A DNA stretch of 63,126 nt, counting the filler, from Basidioascus undulatus (Eukaryota), in NCBI GenBank assembly GCA_000826855.1. It is 6 parts of 6 records of this genome, joined end to end, with 100 filler letters (N's around TTAATTAATTAA, not from the genome) between each part and the next. Parts side by side here need not be neighbours in the genome. Positions count along the whole stretch, not along the records: positions 34,715 to 41,749 come from JTLS01001631.1; positions 41,850 to 48,879 come from JTLS01001632.1; positions 48,980 to 56,006 come from JTLS01001633.1; 3 more parts are not named here. The stretch is one strand, 5' to 3'. The notes below the pieces were generated by a model that saw only the letters and a list, made by a program, of their open reading frames with translations, was not told where the DNA came from and searched no databases. This document shows positions 36,987-49,039 of the stretch, piece after piece. Each line of letters starts with the position of its first letter. The first letter of the stretch is position 1. Both the position numbers and the translations under genes were made by a program.

Positions 36987-37597
36987 TCCTCGACGACGCA
37001 GCCTACATGCACGCCTCCTACTCGCCTCTCTTCGCCGCGCTCGCACGGCTCCCCTTCCTCCGCGCGCTGCGCTTCGCTCCTCAAGAGTCTTTCCTCCGCT
37101 GCCTGACGGGCGCGGACGCGGGCGTGCTGGCCTTCCTGGACGCGTGCGGCCCGCGCTTGGAGCGATTGGAAACGACCATCCTTGTCTTGGGGTCGGACGA
37201 GGAGCTGCTGCAGCTCGTGCGTAAGGCTCCAAGACTGAGACACCTCGATCTGGACCCCCATGGGCGCTCGCTGGAGTCGACGCTCTCCCCCGGAGCGATT
37301 AGGGAGGCCCTGTGCGCTGCGAGGGGGATGCGCTTCTTCCGCGTTAATGTCCTACCGCCGTATGTGATAAAGGAGGAGGCCCCGGAGGAGGTGGAGGAGG
37401 AGGAGGGGGACGGGGCGGAGGAGTTTGATCTGGAGGTCTTTGCGGTGAGGGCGTGGGCGGAGGCGGATCCGAGGGAGGTGGCGCGGTTTGTGGTGCGGTG
37501 GTGTGGGGATGGGTGTGTGCGCTGGGCCAGGGGACAGAGGCTGGTGAGGAGGGCGGTGGAGTGGGAGCTGGAAAGAGTGGGGGGAGGTCGTAACTAG
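36987..37597 (+). CDS. Leucine-rich (RNI/F-box-associated-like) exon of unclear gene membership
   Basis: Codon-biased ORF with LPFLRALRF, GPRLERLE, APRLRHLDLD. Confidence 0.5.
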
Positions 37598-37991
37598 GTG
37601 TGGATGAATCGGGACGGATGGAGAGAGCGGATCATGGATTACATTTTTACAGTTTTCAGGGGAGGTGCAAGGCACAAACGGGTGAGGTTGAGCTTGCCTG
37701 AGGCTGCGCGCTGCCCTTTCATGCTGTGGATGTGGACGAACGATCTGTACCTACTGTGCAATTGCCATCGCAAATACTTCGCAAGACGATTTTTCCATTT
37801 TCATGGCTGTATTCGGGTCATCGGGAACAATCTCGATGTCGATGTAGTCGAACAGTCATAAAAGACGATATTCTGTCGACGTGCACATGCATCCAGCGGC
37901 CGTTGGCGCGCTGACACTTTCCCACTCGGAGTCAACCTCGCCTCAGCCTTCTCCCTTCCCTAACCTCCTCCTCCCGATCCACACGCCCGCC

Positions 37992-38521
37992 ATGTCGCAC
38001 GACCGCCGCCCGTCGCAGATCCAGCTGCAGGCCGAGCTCGCCAAGCTCGACCTCCCGCCGCCCTCGGGCGTGACCGAGGCCGCATCGCGCGCAGACTCGC
38101 GCAAGTCCGTCGACATGCTCACCGACCAGCTCGCCAAGCTCGACCTGCCTGAGCCCGAGCGCCTGAGGTGAGGCGAGCTTCCTTCGGAGGGAGTATGGTG
38201 GAAATTGTGGGGGACAGTGGACGGCCTGCTGTGGTTGCGAAGAGGGTGGAATCACGGAAGCATGGTCAGGCTAAGCTGAACTTGTGTTGGGTGTTTGTGT
38301 TCAACATGACCAGGGAACAGCAGGAGCAGCTTCCTTCTGGCGCTATGACGCCGCACAGCAGGCTGGTGGACCAGTTTGAGAACATGAAGTTTGACATTCC
38401 CGAGGGGATCGCCAACGAGGGCTACGCCCGCGTCCGGGGCGACAGGTGTGTCTTCTTCCCTCCCTCTCCTCCTCCTGCTCCTCCCACGCGCCCTCACCGC
38501 TCTCACCCCCGCAGAATCTAA
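37992..38521 (+). CDS. Small hypothetical protein with three imperfect LxxQLAKLDLP repeats
   Basis: Two exons join in frame (ERLR/EQQEQ). The next consensus splice gives ..RGDRI* inside the first M28 exon. Confidence 0.5.
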
Positions 38522-41500
38522 TCGTCCGCATCTCCTCCGGCACGCCCTCCGGCAAGGAGCACGCCGTGCTCGTGAACGCGCACATCGACAGCACGCTCCC
38601 CTCGCAGGGTGCCGCGGACGACGCGCTAGGCGTGGGGATCATGCTCGAGCTGCTCAGGATCTTCTCGCAGACGCCGGGGCTGATGCGGCATGGGGTTGTG
38701 CTGCGTGAGTAGTTTCTTCCTTCTTTCCTGTGAGGAGGTGTTTTTTTCGTGGGGGGCGTGGATTGGGCGAGAGAGGGAGAGGGGGAAAGATGGGTGATGG
38801 AAGACGGGAGACGGAGAGAGGGGAGACGGGACGGGAAGGAGAAGGCGGGGGAGACGGAGAGGAAAGCGAATGGAAGGTTGATTCATCCGGAATGGGGATC
38901 GGGCAGTCTGGAACGGCGCAGAAGAGAGCCTGCAGGACGCGTCGCACCTGTACATCACCCAGCATGAGACTGCGTCGAGGTGCGTCGCTTCCTCCATCCT
39001 TCTCATCTTCTCCATCCTATCTCCTCCTTTTTCTTTTCCTTCATTTGGGAGGCTGACGCCCTTGTTGATGGCGGGATACAGCATTCGCGCCGTGGTTAAC
39101 CTTGAAGGTAGCTCTTCCTCCTCGCCTTCTCTGTCTTCCATCCCTCTTCTCTCTTCCCACCTCCCCCTTCCTCCTCCCTCTCTCCTTTCCCCATTCCGCT
39201 ACAGAACTGATCTCTCCGTGAAAATCAGCCGCCGGTAACGCCGGCCCCGAAATCGTCTTCCAAGCGACCTCGGACGCCGTGATCAAGGCGTACCAGGCCG
39301 TGCCCAGGCCGTACGGGCAGGTGATGGCCAACGACGTGTTTGCGAGCGGGATCGTCTTGAGGTGCGGTTCCTTCCCCTCTTCCCGCTCAAAGAAAAGAGG
39401 AAGCTTATGGGGTGGGGTGCATGGTGGGATGGTGGGGATGACAGTGATACCGACTTTAGACAGTTCGTCCAGTACGGGAACGTTAGTGGGCTGGATATGG
39501 CATTGATTGAGAATGTGCGTGGAAGGGCAAGAGGGGAGAGGGGAGAGGGGAGAGGGATAGGGGACGAAGGAGGGTGGCTGACCGTGGTGCGGTGCGGGGA
39601 CAGTCGTACATGTACCACACCCGCAAGGACTCGCTCGAGAACTTGGTTCCGGGTTCTGTGCAGGTGCGTATTCCTTACAGCGAAGGGAAAGAGGCGAAGA
39701 AGGAGGACGAAGGAGGAGCAGGAGGAGGAAACGGAAGAAGGAACGCTGACAGTCCGAACGCCCCCACAGCATTACGGCGAGAACGCGCTCGCGGTCCTGC
39801 GCCAGCTCACCGGTCCCTCCTCGCTCCTCTCCACACTCCCGGTCGGCTCCCTGCCCCCCAAGCCAGACACGATCTACTTTTCGATTCTGCACACGTGGTT
39901 CGTCGTCGTGCCCGCCTCGGTCGCGGGCAAGATCTACGGGGCGATCAACGCGCTCGCGGTCGTGCTGTTGCTCGCGACTGCAAGGAGGGAGAGGTGGAGG
40001 GCGTATCTTGCCGGGTTTGTGGGCGTTGCTGGAAGTCTGGTGGGAGGACTGGTGGCGGCGAATGGGGTGGCGGCGCTGATGAGTAGGGGGTTGGGGAGGG
40101 CGATGAGCTGGTTCGTCGTCGGCCTTCCTTCATAGCATAGCAGGAGAAGCTGACCCTCAGGAAACAAGGTTCTCACACGAGTTCCTCTCCACCGCTCTCT
40201 ACGGTCCCCCGGCGCTCGCCGGCATCCTCTCGATCCAGCTCCTCCTCGCCCGCTTGCTCCCCGCGCCAGACGCAGCGCACCTCGAGCATGCCACGCACCT
40301 CGGCCTCGCACTCTTCTTCTCCCTCGCCTCCCTCGCCTTGCACCGTCTGGGGATGGGGTCGAGCTACTTGTTCGCGCTGTGGGGGGCGAGCCAGGTCGTT
40401 ACGCTTCTGCTGGTCGGCGAGGGAAGGAGGGTGCTGGAGGGGAAGGGGAAGAAGGAGAAGAGGGAGGGGGAGGAGAGGGTTTGGGGGAGGCGCGCGGGGC
40501 TCGCGGTTTACGCGGTGGGCGGGATCGTGCCGATGGTGCTCGGGACGGAGTGTCTGGCGGCGTTCAGCGATATCTTCGTACCACTTACGGGGCGGATGGG
40601 CGAGGTACGTCGTCTTTCCCCACCACCCACCTTCTTTCCCTCACTTTCCTCTCCTCTTCCGCCCTCTCCCCTGACCCCTTCACCCCCCGCGTAGATCGCC
40701 CCCGTCGACCACATCATCGCCTCCCTCGTGTCCTTTATGACCTTCATCATCCTCCCGCTCTCCCTGCCCTTCATGCACCGGCACGGCCCCGCGTTCGCCC
40801 GCTCCGTCGTCCTCGCCCTCGCCCTCGTCAGCTTGGCGAGCGTCGTGGGCTTCGCGAAGTGGCCTAGGACGTTCGATGAGAGGCACCAGAAGAGAGTGTT
40901 TTTTGAGCATGTTCATAACGTGCGTCGGGATTCTTCATTTGCTGCATCCGCTTCCTATTCCGTTCTTCCCTTCATCCCCATTCTCTTCGCCTTCACCCTC
41001 CATCCCGTCCTTCCCCCCCTTTCTCCCGCCCCCCTCCTCCCCACTAGCGAAGTCTACCTAGTGTTGGCATTGCTGATTCGGCGGGGGACCTGCGCAGATC
41101 ACGACCGGCGAGACGCACCTGCACGTCGGCGCAGCGGACGGCGCGCCCGGGTTCGAGACGCTCGTACAGGAGATCGCGCACGAGTTTGGCGCCGGCGATG
41201 CGGTGTACAACGTGATGGACGAGTGGAACTCAGACTGGGACATTCTGTACCCGTTCTCGGTGCGTCGACACTTCGGGTTCACGAAGGCCGAAGAAAGAAC
41301 ACAGGCTGATGTGAGTCGGATGGGGGAACAGCAATTTGTCACGCCGTACCGGATCCCTCTCGCGCCTTCCGGTCCCTCGTCCGAGGACGCCCTCGCGCGC
41401 GCCTTCACCGTGACCGCGGAGGACGTCTCCGCCGACCGCTCCGCGAACACGCGCACCCTAACGCTCCGCGTCTCGCACGCGGGCTTCATCTGGCCCGTCG

Positions 41501-41749
41501 TCGCCTTCGACGCGGACGTGCTCTCCTGGTCGCTCGACTCGGTCCCTACTCCCGGCCTTTTCAGGCACCACATCAAGCGCGCCGCGACACAGAACGTCAC
41601 GGAGTGGACGATGCAGTTCACGCTCCGGGGGGCGGACGCCCCACTCAGGGTGCAGTACTCCGCGATCGAGGAGCTGGGGATGTGGCCGAGCAAGGCTGTC
41701 GAGGGGAGGGGGAGAAGGAGCGTGGACCTGCTGGGTGGGGTGGATGGAT
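38515..41749 (+). CDS. ER metallopeptidase 1 (M28 family, multi-TM); N-terminus apparently absent and 3' end at gap
   Basis: HAVLVNAHIDSTLPSQGAADDALGV, NGAEESLQDASHLYITQH, VVNLEAAG, SDTDFRQFVQYG..GLDMA, YMYHTRKD, many TM segments, FDERHQKRVF. Confidence 0.92.
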
Positions 41750-41849
41750 NNNNNNNNNNNNNNNNNNNNNNNNNNNNNNNNNNNNNNNNNNNNTTAATTA
41801 ATTAANNNNNNNNNNNNNNNNNNNNNNNNNNNNNNNNNNNNNNNNNNNN
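41750..41849. other. Artificial contig spacer
   Basis: N44-TTAATTAATTAA-N44. Confidence 0.98.
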
Positions 41850-42801
41850 CACCAGTCCGCACCCATCTCTCCCTCGCCTCCCTCACATCTTCCTCGCCCC
41901 ACGTCCTCCTCCCCGCCCGGACATCCTTAAACAGCCCGCCGATCCACTCCCGCTCCTCCGCGTCAAGCAGGCAGTTCACCCACCACGTGTCCATGCTTTG
42001 CACGATCCCCGGCGTGGCGAGCTCGCCGTGCGCGGATTGCTCAGCGAGGACGTGCAGGAGGAAGGGGAACGGGTAGTGTGGGAGGCCGAGCAGGGAGAGG
42101 GATTTGAGGATGCGGGTGATGCGCAGATTCTGCTCCCCCACCACCTCATCAGTTTCTCCCTCCCTCCCTCCCGAGCGCACCCAACTTCCCACTCACGTTA
42201 TGCATCTTCCCCTCCAAATTCGCGTACCTCTCCTGCCACCCTTTCTCCTTCCTTCCGACCTCCCCACTCTCCTCATCCACCAGCCGCATCCCATAGAAAT
42301 CGAGCATCATCTCGTAGCTCCTTCGCAGGCGCGCGCGCACGCCTGCGTCGCGCGCCATCGCCGCGCGCTCGTGCGCCTGCAGCGGCTGCGCAGAGTAGTT
42401 CACGCCCTGCTCGGGGATGGGGAACAGCCACTGGATGAAGCCGTGGCGCGCTTCGAGGAGGTCGTAGGCGCCCGAACATTGGGAATGCATCTCGTCGATG
42501 CGAAGGTTGTCGGGGCGCGCGCGGAGCTCGTTCACTCCCACACCCCCATTGGGACTGCTCTCCCTGTAACGGGGAGGGAAAAGAGCAAGGAGGGGCATGA
42601 GCGCACCTTGTAGAACCGCAGATTCTTGTCCGCCGAGCGATCGTCGTGCTGGTTCGGATAGCCGGCAAGGAACTGGGCGATGTCGCGCGGGAGGCGCGCG
42701 GAGGAGGACGTGGACATAGCGGCAGCGGTGGAAGGGTTCGTGGGGTGTAGGTATGCGCGAGAAGGGTATAATTTGCTCATGAGCGTCCGGAAATATTGCA
42801 T
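41850..42801 (-). CDS. OGFr (opioid growth factor receptor) conserved-domain protein, 3' truncated
   Basis: NLRFYK, YDLLEARHGFIQWLFP, YEMMLDFYGMRL, HN/NLRITRILKSL. Confidence 0.9.
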
Positions 42802-43035
42802 CGATGGGAATAGCGCGCTTCGTGAGGGTGAGAGCGTAAGCGAGCGAGGCGAGGAGGGCGAGGGCCAGATTACGTCACCGTCCGTATCGCATCCTTTCAT
42901 CCGCGGACGCCGGACGCGCGTCGCCCTCGCCGCCATCGACGCTCAGCCTTCTACTCACACTCATCAGCGTCTTCTCTCTTCCTTCCCTAGCATCCCCACA
43001 CCGCGCATACCCACACCCCCTGCCCGGACCAGCCA

Positions 43036-45313
43036 ATGTCTCAAGACCCCGCCCCCTCGCGGCTCGAGCAGGCCGCGGCGTACCTCCCCTCCGAGCCGCG
43101 CAAGGCGGAGGCGCTGCTTAAGGAGATCTTGTCCCAGCGTGGGTCGCCTCGCCTCGCGCTGGAGTTACTGGGGAAGAGAAGGGTGGGAGGCTAATGGGGT
43201 GGTGGGATTGTGGGATGGTGTGGGCAGCGACGAAGAAGGATGAGGAGCTGCGGGAACAGGAGGGCGCGCTTCTGAAGCTCGGCGAGCTGTACAGGGACGA
43301 GAAGTGCGTCTTCCTCTCTTCCCCCTTGGTCCACTGTGCCTTCTCACGCTGAATATGGACTTGGAATACGGAACACAGGAACGTCCAAGCTTTAACAGAC
43401 GTCGTGCGCCAGTCACGCACCTTCATGGCCTCCGGCGCGAAAGCCAAGACTGCCAAACTCAGTGCGTGGCTCCTCCTTCCCTTGAGGAAGGGAATGGAAG
43501 TGGCTGATGGGAAATGGTACCAGTCCGCACTCTGATCGACTTCTTCACGCCCATCCCCAACTCACGCGACGCCCAGATCGCGTGCACGCAGGAGAACATC
43601 GAGTGGGCCAAGGGCGAGAAGCGGATATTCTTGAAGCAGAGCTTGGAGATTCGGCTGGCCGGGCTGTGGGTCCCCTCTTCTCCGTCGTGGTGGTAGTGGA
43701 TGCGGGTAAGTTTTGATGTGTGAGGGAGGGACGACAGGCACTTCGACCAGCAGGCCTACCGCCCCGCGCTCGCGCTCGTCGACGACCTCCTCCGAGAGCT
43801 CAAGCGCCTCGACGACAAGATGATCCTCACCGAGGTGCACCTCCTGGAGAGCCGCATCAACCACGCCACTGAGAACATGCCAAAGTCCAAGGTCCGCACT
43901 TTCTCCATATTTCCCTTCCCTGCTTTCTCTCTCCATTCCTCATCGTCCGGCTATCTCTGGTACTTTTTGCTGATACGGCATGTGAGCACACTCCAGGCCG
44001 CGCTCACCTCAGCCCGCACCGCCGCAAACGCCATCTACTGCCCGCCGCTGCTCCAAGCGCAGCTCGACCTCCAGTCGGGGATCCTCCACGCCGAGGACAA
44101 GGATTGGAAGACTGCGTCCGTCACCCTACCCCCTCTCCAGATAAATGCGTGGCAGGCAGACTGACATGGCGTGTACGGGGCGACCGGCAGGTACTCGTAC
44201 TTCTTCGAAGCGCTCGAGGGGTTCACGTCCCAGGAGGACCTGCGCGCGGTGTCGGCGCTCAAGTACATGCTGCTGTGCAAGGTCATGCTCAACCTCGTGC
44301 GTCTCCTCTCCTCCCCACTTTGCCTTCTTTCCCCCACCCTCCTCCTTCCCCGCTGTCCCTTCCCACTTTCTCTTGTTCTTTCGCCCCATAACCTCTTCGA
44401 AGGCAAGCACTGACACTGCGGGGGTTCGATGCAGCCCGAAGACGTAAACTCCATCATCCAAGCCAAGGCCGCGCAGCGGTACGCAGGGCGCGAGGTGGAC
44501 GCGATGCGCACCGTCGCAAAGGCGCACCAGAACCGGTCGCTCAACGAGTTTGAGAACGCGCTGAAGGACTACAAGCAGGGTGGGACTCTTCCCTCCCTCG
44601 CTCCCCTCCCCTTGGACCTCTTCCCCTTCCGCCTCCCACTTTCCCCGTTCTCCCGCGCTCCCATCGCTGTCCGTGAATGGAAATCCTGACTGTGGGCCGG
44701 GGGTGTGGTGCACAGAGCTCTCCGCGGACCCGATTATCCGCAACCACCTCGCGGCGCTGTACGACACCCTGCTCGAGGGGAACCTTGTGCGCATCATCGA
44801 GCCCTACTCGCGCGTCGAGATCGCGCACGTCGCAGAGCTTGTGCGCCAGCCGGTGCAGGCGGTCGAAGCCAAGTCAGTTTCTCCAAGACATAGGAAGTTT
44901 AGGAGAAACCGAGTGGGACGCTGATGAGTGTGAGCGTCGGGCGGACAGGTTGAGCCAGATGATCCTCGACCAGGTCTTCCACGGCATTCTGGACCAGGGC
45001 GCGGGGTGCTTGATCGTGTTTGATGAGCCGCAGGAGGACGTGCGTCGGGTCCCCTCCTCCCCCCTCCCGCGTTCTCCATCCCTTCCACCGTCCCTCTCGT
45101 GGTCCTCGCCACCTACGGTAGTTTTGGGTGCTTACGAGTCGGTGAGCACAGAAAATGTATGACGCGACACTGCACACGCTCAAGCACATCGGCTCCGTCG
45201 TGGACGGGCTGTACAATAAGGTGCGCTCACTTCGCGTCCTGCTCGTCTCCTGGCTTCCTTTAATAGGCTAACGCATGCGGCATGGTGCGATTGGATAGGC
45301 GACGAAGTTGTAG
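43036..45313 (+). CDS. RPN6: 26S proteasome lid subunit Rpn6
   Basis: [97 protein letters not shown]. Confidence 0.97.
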
Positions 45314-45941
45314 TGGGTTGTTGGTTGGCGGATGAGGGAGGGGTGGGAGATGGAGGCTCAGATTGATCATACAACGTAAAGATGAGATGACTGGGTGAAG
45401 CTGTTTGCGCTTGGATGAGGGGATGGGAGATGCGTTGTGGGATGTCGCCGCAGGGCAATGGGGGATTAGCTCCGGGAAAGACACGCGAGCAATGCCCCAC
45501 CCGGGCCATGGAGAATGAGGCGGATGGCGACGAACGTGAGCGCTGGCAGGGTTCTTTCCGACTTCGGCGGCAGGGAAGAGTCCGGCGTGGCCCGATGGAG
45601 CTGGAGGGATGGGAGGCCGGCATTCGGACTTCGTCGACGCTGGACGTTCTGTTATGACCACTTTGTCTTTTTCGACAATACCATGCGCTAGAAAAAGGTT
45701 GAATTCTCGCCGCACGGAGACGGGGTGGTCCGCGCTGCGAACGTAAACTCTCCTCCTGTTTGTGCGTTCTCGCCCCCTTTCATTCCCGTCCGCCGTCTAA
45801 GACGCGGTATTATATCGCCCTTTTGTCCTTCCCTGCCATTCCGAACAGATAAAAAGGGTCGCACGCGATGCCCCGCATTGTTCAGCTCTTCTCACCATGT
45901 TCCACCACCTGCCCCACTTCCATCCGCACATTGAACACGCC

Positions 45942-46959
45942 ATGCTCCCGCTCATCTGGTCGCTCCTAATCCCGGCAATAGTGAGTGTCCCAACAGGTAG
46001 AGTTCTATAATGCTCGTCCTTTAATTACTGATTGGATCTCAACAGCTCGCACAGAACGCCCAGCATACGATCCTGGTTGGGGTGGGCGGTCGATTCTTCT
46101 CGCCCGGTACGCTGCAACGTGAGCTCGTAGCGCGACGACGTCCAGCAGCCTGAATGCCGCGACGTTCACAGAGACCACCACTGGGGTCCAGGTCAACGAC
46201 TCCATCGTCTTCCGATTCGCGCCTGGAAACTGGTCACGTGAGTCTTCCTAAGCTAGCTCCGGGATGCACGTCTCAAATGAGCGGGGAAACGTGTGCAATG
46301 CGCAGTGGTGCAAGCGGATCCCAACGCGCCTTGCGTGCCACTAGAGGCGGGCTTCAACTCTGGATTTGTAGTCTCCGATGTTGGTCCCAATCATTGTTAT
46401 GAACACATAGCCATGCTCGTGATACTGACTCTGAGGTACGACCAGGTAACTGGTGGTCCGGAGTCGCTGTACTTCTGGCGCGCTACATGGGAGGACGCGG
46501 AGCCTGCCTACTTTTTCGACATTGCTGTATGTGCTGCCCAACCTCTTCCAATAGCCCAAAACAAGTCCGGACACTTTAACTCGTTGTTGTATACAGCGCT
46601 GTAGCGACGGGATGGTGGGCACGGTGAACGCGCCCGAGTCTGGCCGGGACTCGTTCGAGAACTACAAGCTACGTGCGCTCGGCGGATTTAACGGGACGAA
46701 CGACACCACCGTATCGGAGCCCGCTGCGGTGACGCAGATTGACGCTCGCGGGACCTATGTCTACTCGGTCGTCACCACGACGGTCAACGGCGCGGCCGAC
46801 GAGACGCTGGTGTCTTCGACACTGCAGCCAAGCGAAACGGCTTCGCCCTCGGAACCGGCCGACTCTGAGGATGACGAAGGGACACGTTCACTTCCTGCAA
46901 TCAGGCTCGGATGGGCTGTGTTGACGTTGATGTCGGTTGTTACTTCCCTTATGGTCTAA
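45942..46959 (+). CDS. Secreted cupredoxin-fold protein, Ser/Thr-rich stalk, probable GPI or C-terminal anchor
   Basis: Signal peptide; HTILVG..FFSP..VNDSIVFRF.PGNWSLVQ..APCVP..GFNSG; RCSDGMVGTVNAP..SFENYK; hydrophobic C-terminus. Confidence 0.78.
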
Positions 46960-48879
46960 TATGAGGCTGGTGTTGAGGGATGTAATCTTTTTTCGAATAA
47001 CGTATACGAACCCCCGCCGGCACCAGAATGACTGCAGTAATCATCCATGCAAAGGAGCCTGTTATCAACAGACTGTCCATTAGGGTCCGCTGAGAAAATG
47101 TAGGCAGGAATAAGTCGTGGCAAATGTCGGCTCCCCGCAGGCTTTGGATTTGACTACCCGAAGAAATTTTTGGCAAATGACTGTAAGACTGCATGCGGGC
47201 TTTTGGCGCTCTTTGAGCGTTCGTAGACTTGCGGTAGCACACTTGCCGATGACCACGTTTTAGTATGCATAATTCTATCTGGAACAGGGTGAAGAGATTG
47301 ACCGCGAACATGCGCGAACTGCGCTCGAGATGATCACAGCGAGTCCTCTAGTCGACTTCCGTCACCCCCATAAGCTGGACATTCATCGATGCTCCAAAAC
47401 GCGTGAATGCTACATGGACTTTGTCATGGAATTACATAAAGATAATTCGAGAGGATTTCTGTTGAATGTCGTTTAACGAACTAGCGTTCTGACGACGAGC
47501 GAACCTACCGCCTGTCGGCGCTGGTGCCCTTTCATCTTCAACTTTCCGCGAGCAAGGCGTTCCCCAGCATCGAACGTGCATCTTTCCCGGAGCTTGGATT
47601 GAAGCTGGGCTCTTTCAGTCGAGACAACGGTTGCAGCGTGTCCTGCATCTGTCTGAGCACTCTCACACGCTACAAGCGGACGGCGTTAAAGCTGCAGATA
47701 CAGACGTGATGCAAACACGAGATTGTATCCAAAAACAAGCGAGTGTGATTCATGCAAAAAAGAAGCGTGCCCGAACGTAACGACTTCACAAACTACCCTT
47801 GCTGCTGGAGGTCGGGAGTCCTGAGTGAGCGCACCCCGTCAGAACCTGCGCGCAAAGGTCGCCAAGTAGTGTGCGGGGTAGCGGGAGAGACGAACCTGGA
47901 CCGCAAGGCAATCTTGTGCGTCCTGAATATGCAGGCTGTGAGTGGCGTGAGACGATGGGTAGATGGCGGAGGCAGTATGCACCGCGTGAGGTATTCCCCT
48001 GAGGGCAGTGATGCGGATTGCGATGCGGACGAAGGGGACGAAGGTGGAGTTGGAGACGGTACAGGTCTTCTTCTTGCGGCCCTTGTGCCGCTTCGCCGCT
48101 CGGGAGTCGGTCTCGACAGTTCCCTCCCGTGCAGCCGCGTCCTGCAAAACGCAAGTGGGAAGTCAGTAGGCGTACGTAAGTATGGGACGGTGAATGAATG
48201 CGCCACCTACGCTCAAAGTGTCGGTAGGAGGACGGCGGCGCTGCAGACGCGAAGCCATGCAGTCGCAAAGACGGAAAAGACATTTGTAGAAACAAATTCA
48301 AAGGGGTAGGCAGTGGACAAGTGGGAAGTGCTTCAAGGTGGCCGGGCCTTTCGCAAGCATGCGCTCTCTCGTCTCTCGCCCCGGCAACCTGCACCTTCTT
48401 CAAATCTCCAAATTTCCTGGAGGATGTGAAATTCAGAGGCACCTCATTAAGGATCCTTTGCATGGTTCGACGGAAACCTCGCGATGGTCAGAGTCACTGA
48501 CGATTAGCACAGGCGGGTGGGCGCGTCTGGAAGGAGCAAAAGCTTGGCAAGAGCTGCAAGACTCCCGGGCCCGAGCTCCACATTGCTCCCAGTTGACATG
48601 CCAGTCCATCCAGGGGCCTCACCACCTTCCCAGCCGGAGCCTCCACCCCCTTCCCAGCCTTCGCCTTCAATGAGCACCCCAGCGAGCACCCAATGCCGTC
48701 ACCGCCTCCCTCCTCCTTCCCCACCCCCACACCATCCACTCTCATCAGAAATAAATCCATCCAACTCCCTCTCTCCCCCCTCCGCCCGCCTTCCCACACT
48801 CACTCAAGACCACCCGTCCCCGTCCCCCTCTCCCCCGCCTTCGAGCATCCCGATTGCCCTCTCAATCGCGACGTCAAGT

Positions 48880-48979
48880 NNNNNNNNNNNNNNNNNNNNN
48901 NNNNNNNNNNNNNNNNNNNNNNNTTAATTAATTAANNNNNNNNNNNNNNNNNNNNNNNNNNNNNNNNNNNNNNNNNNNN
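48880..48979. other. Artificial contig spacer
   Basis: N44-TTAATTAATTAA-N44. Confidence 0.98.
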
Positions 48980-49039
48980 TATCCACTTCCAACCCCAAGG
49001 GGACGCTTTACCGGCCGGTCGTCAGCTCCTCCAAAACAG

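Noticed and set aside
47786..48879. Minus-strand ORFs as a secreted protein gene
   Set aside because: Intron-like signals are present, but no consistent frame or family could be built.
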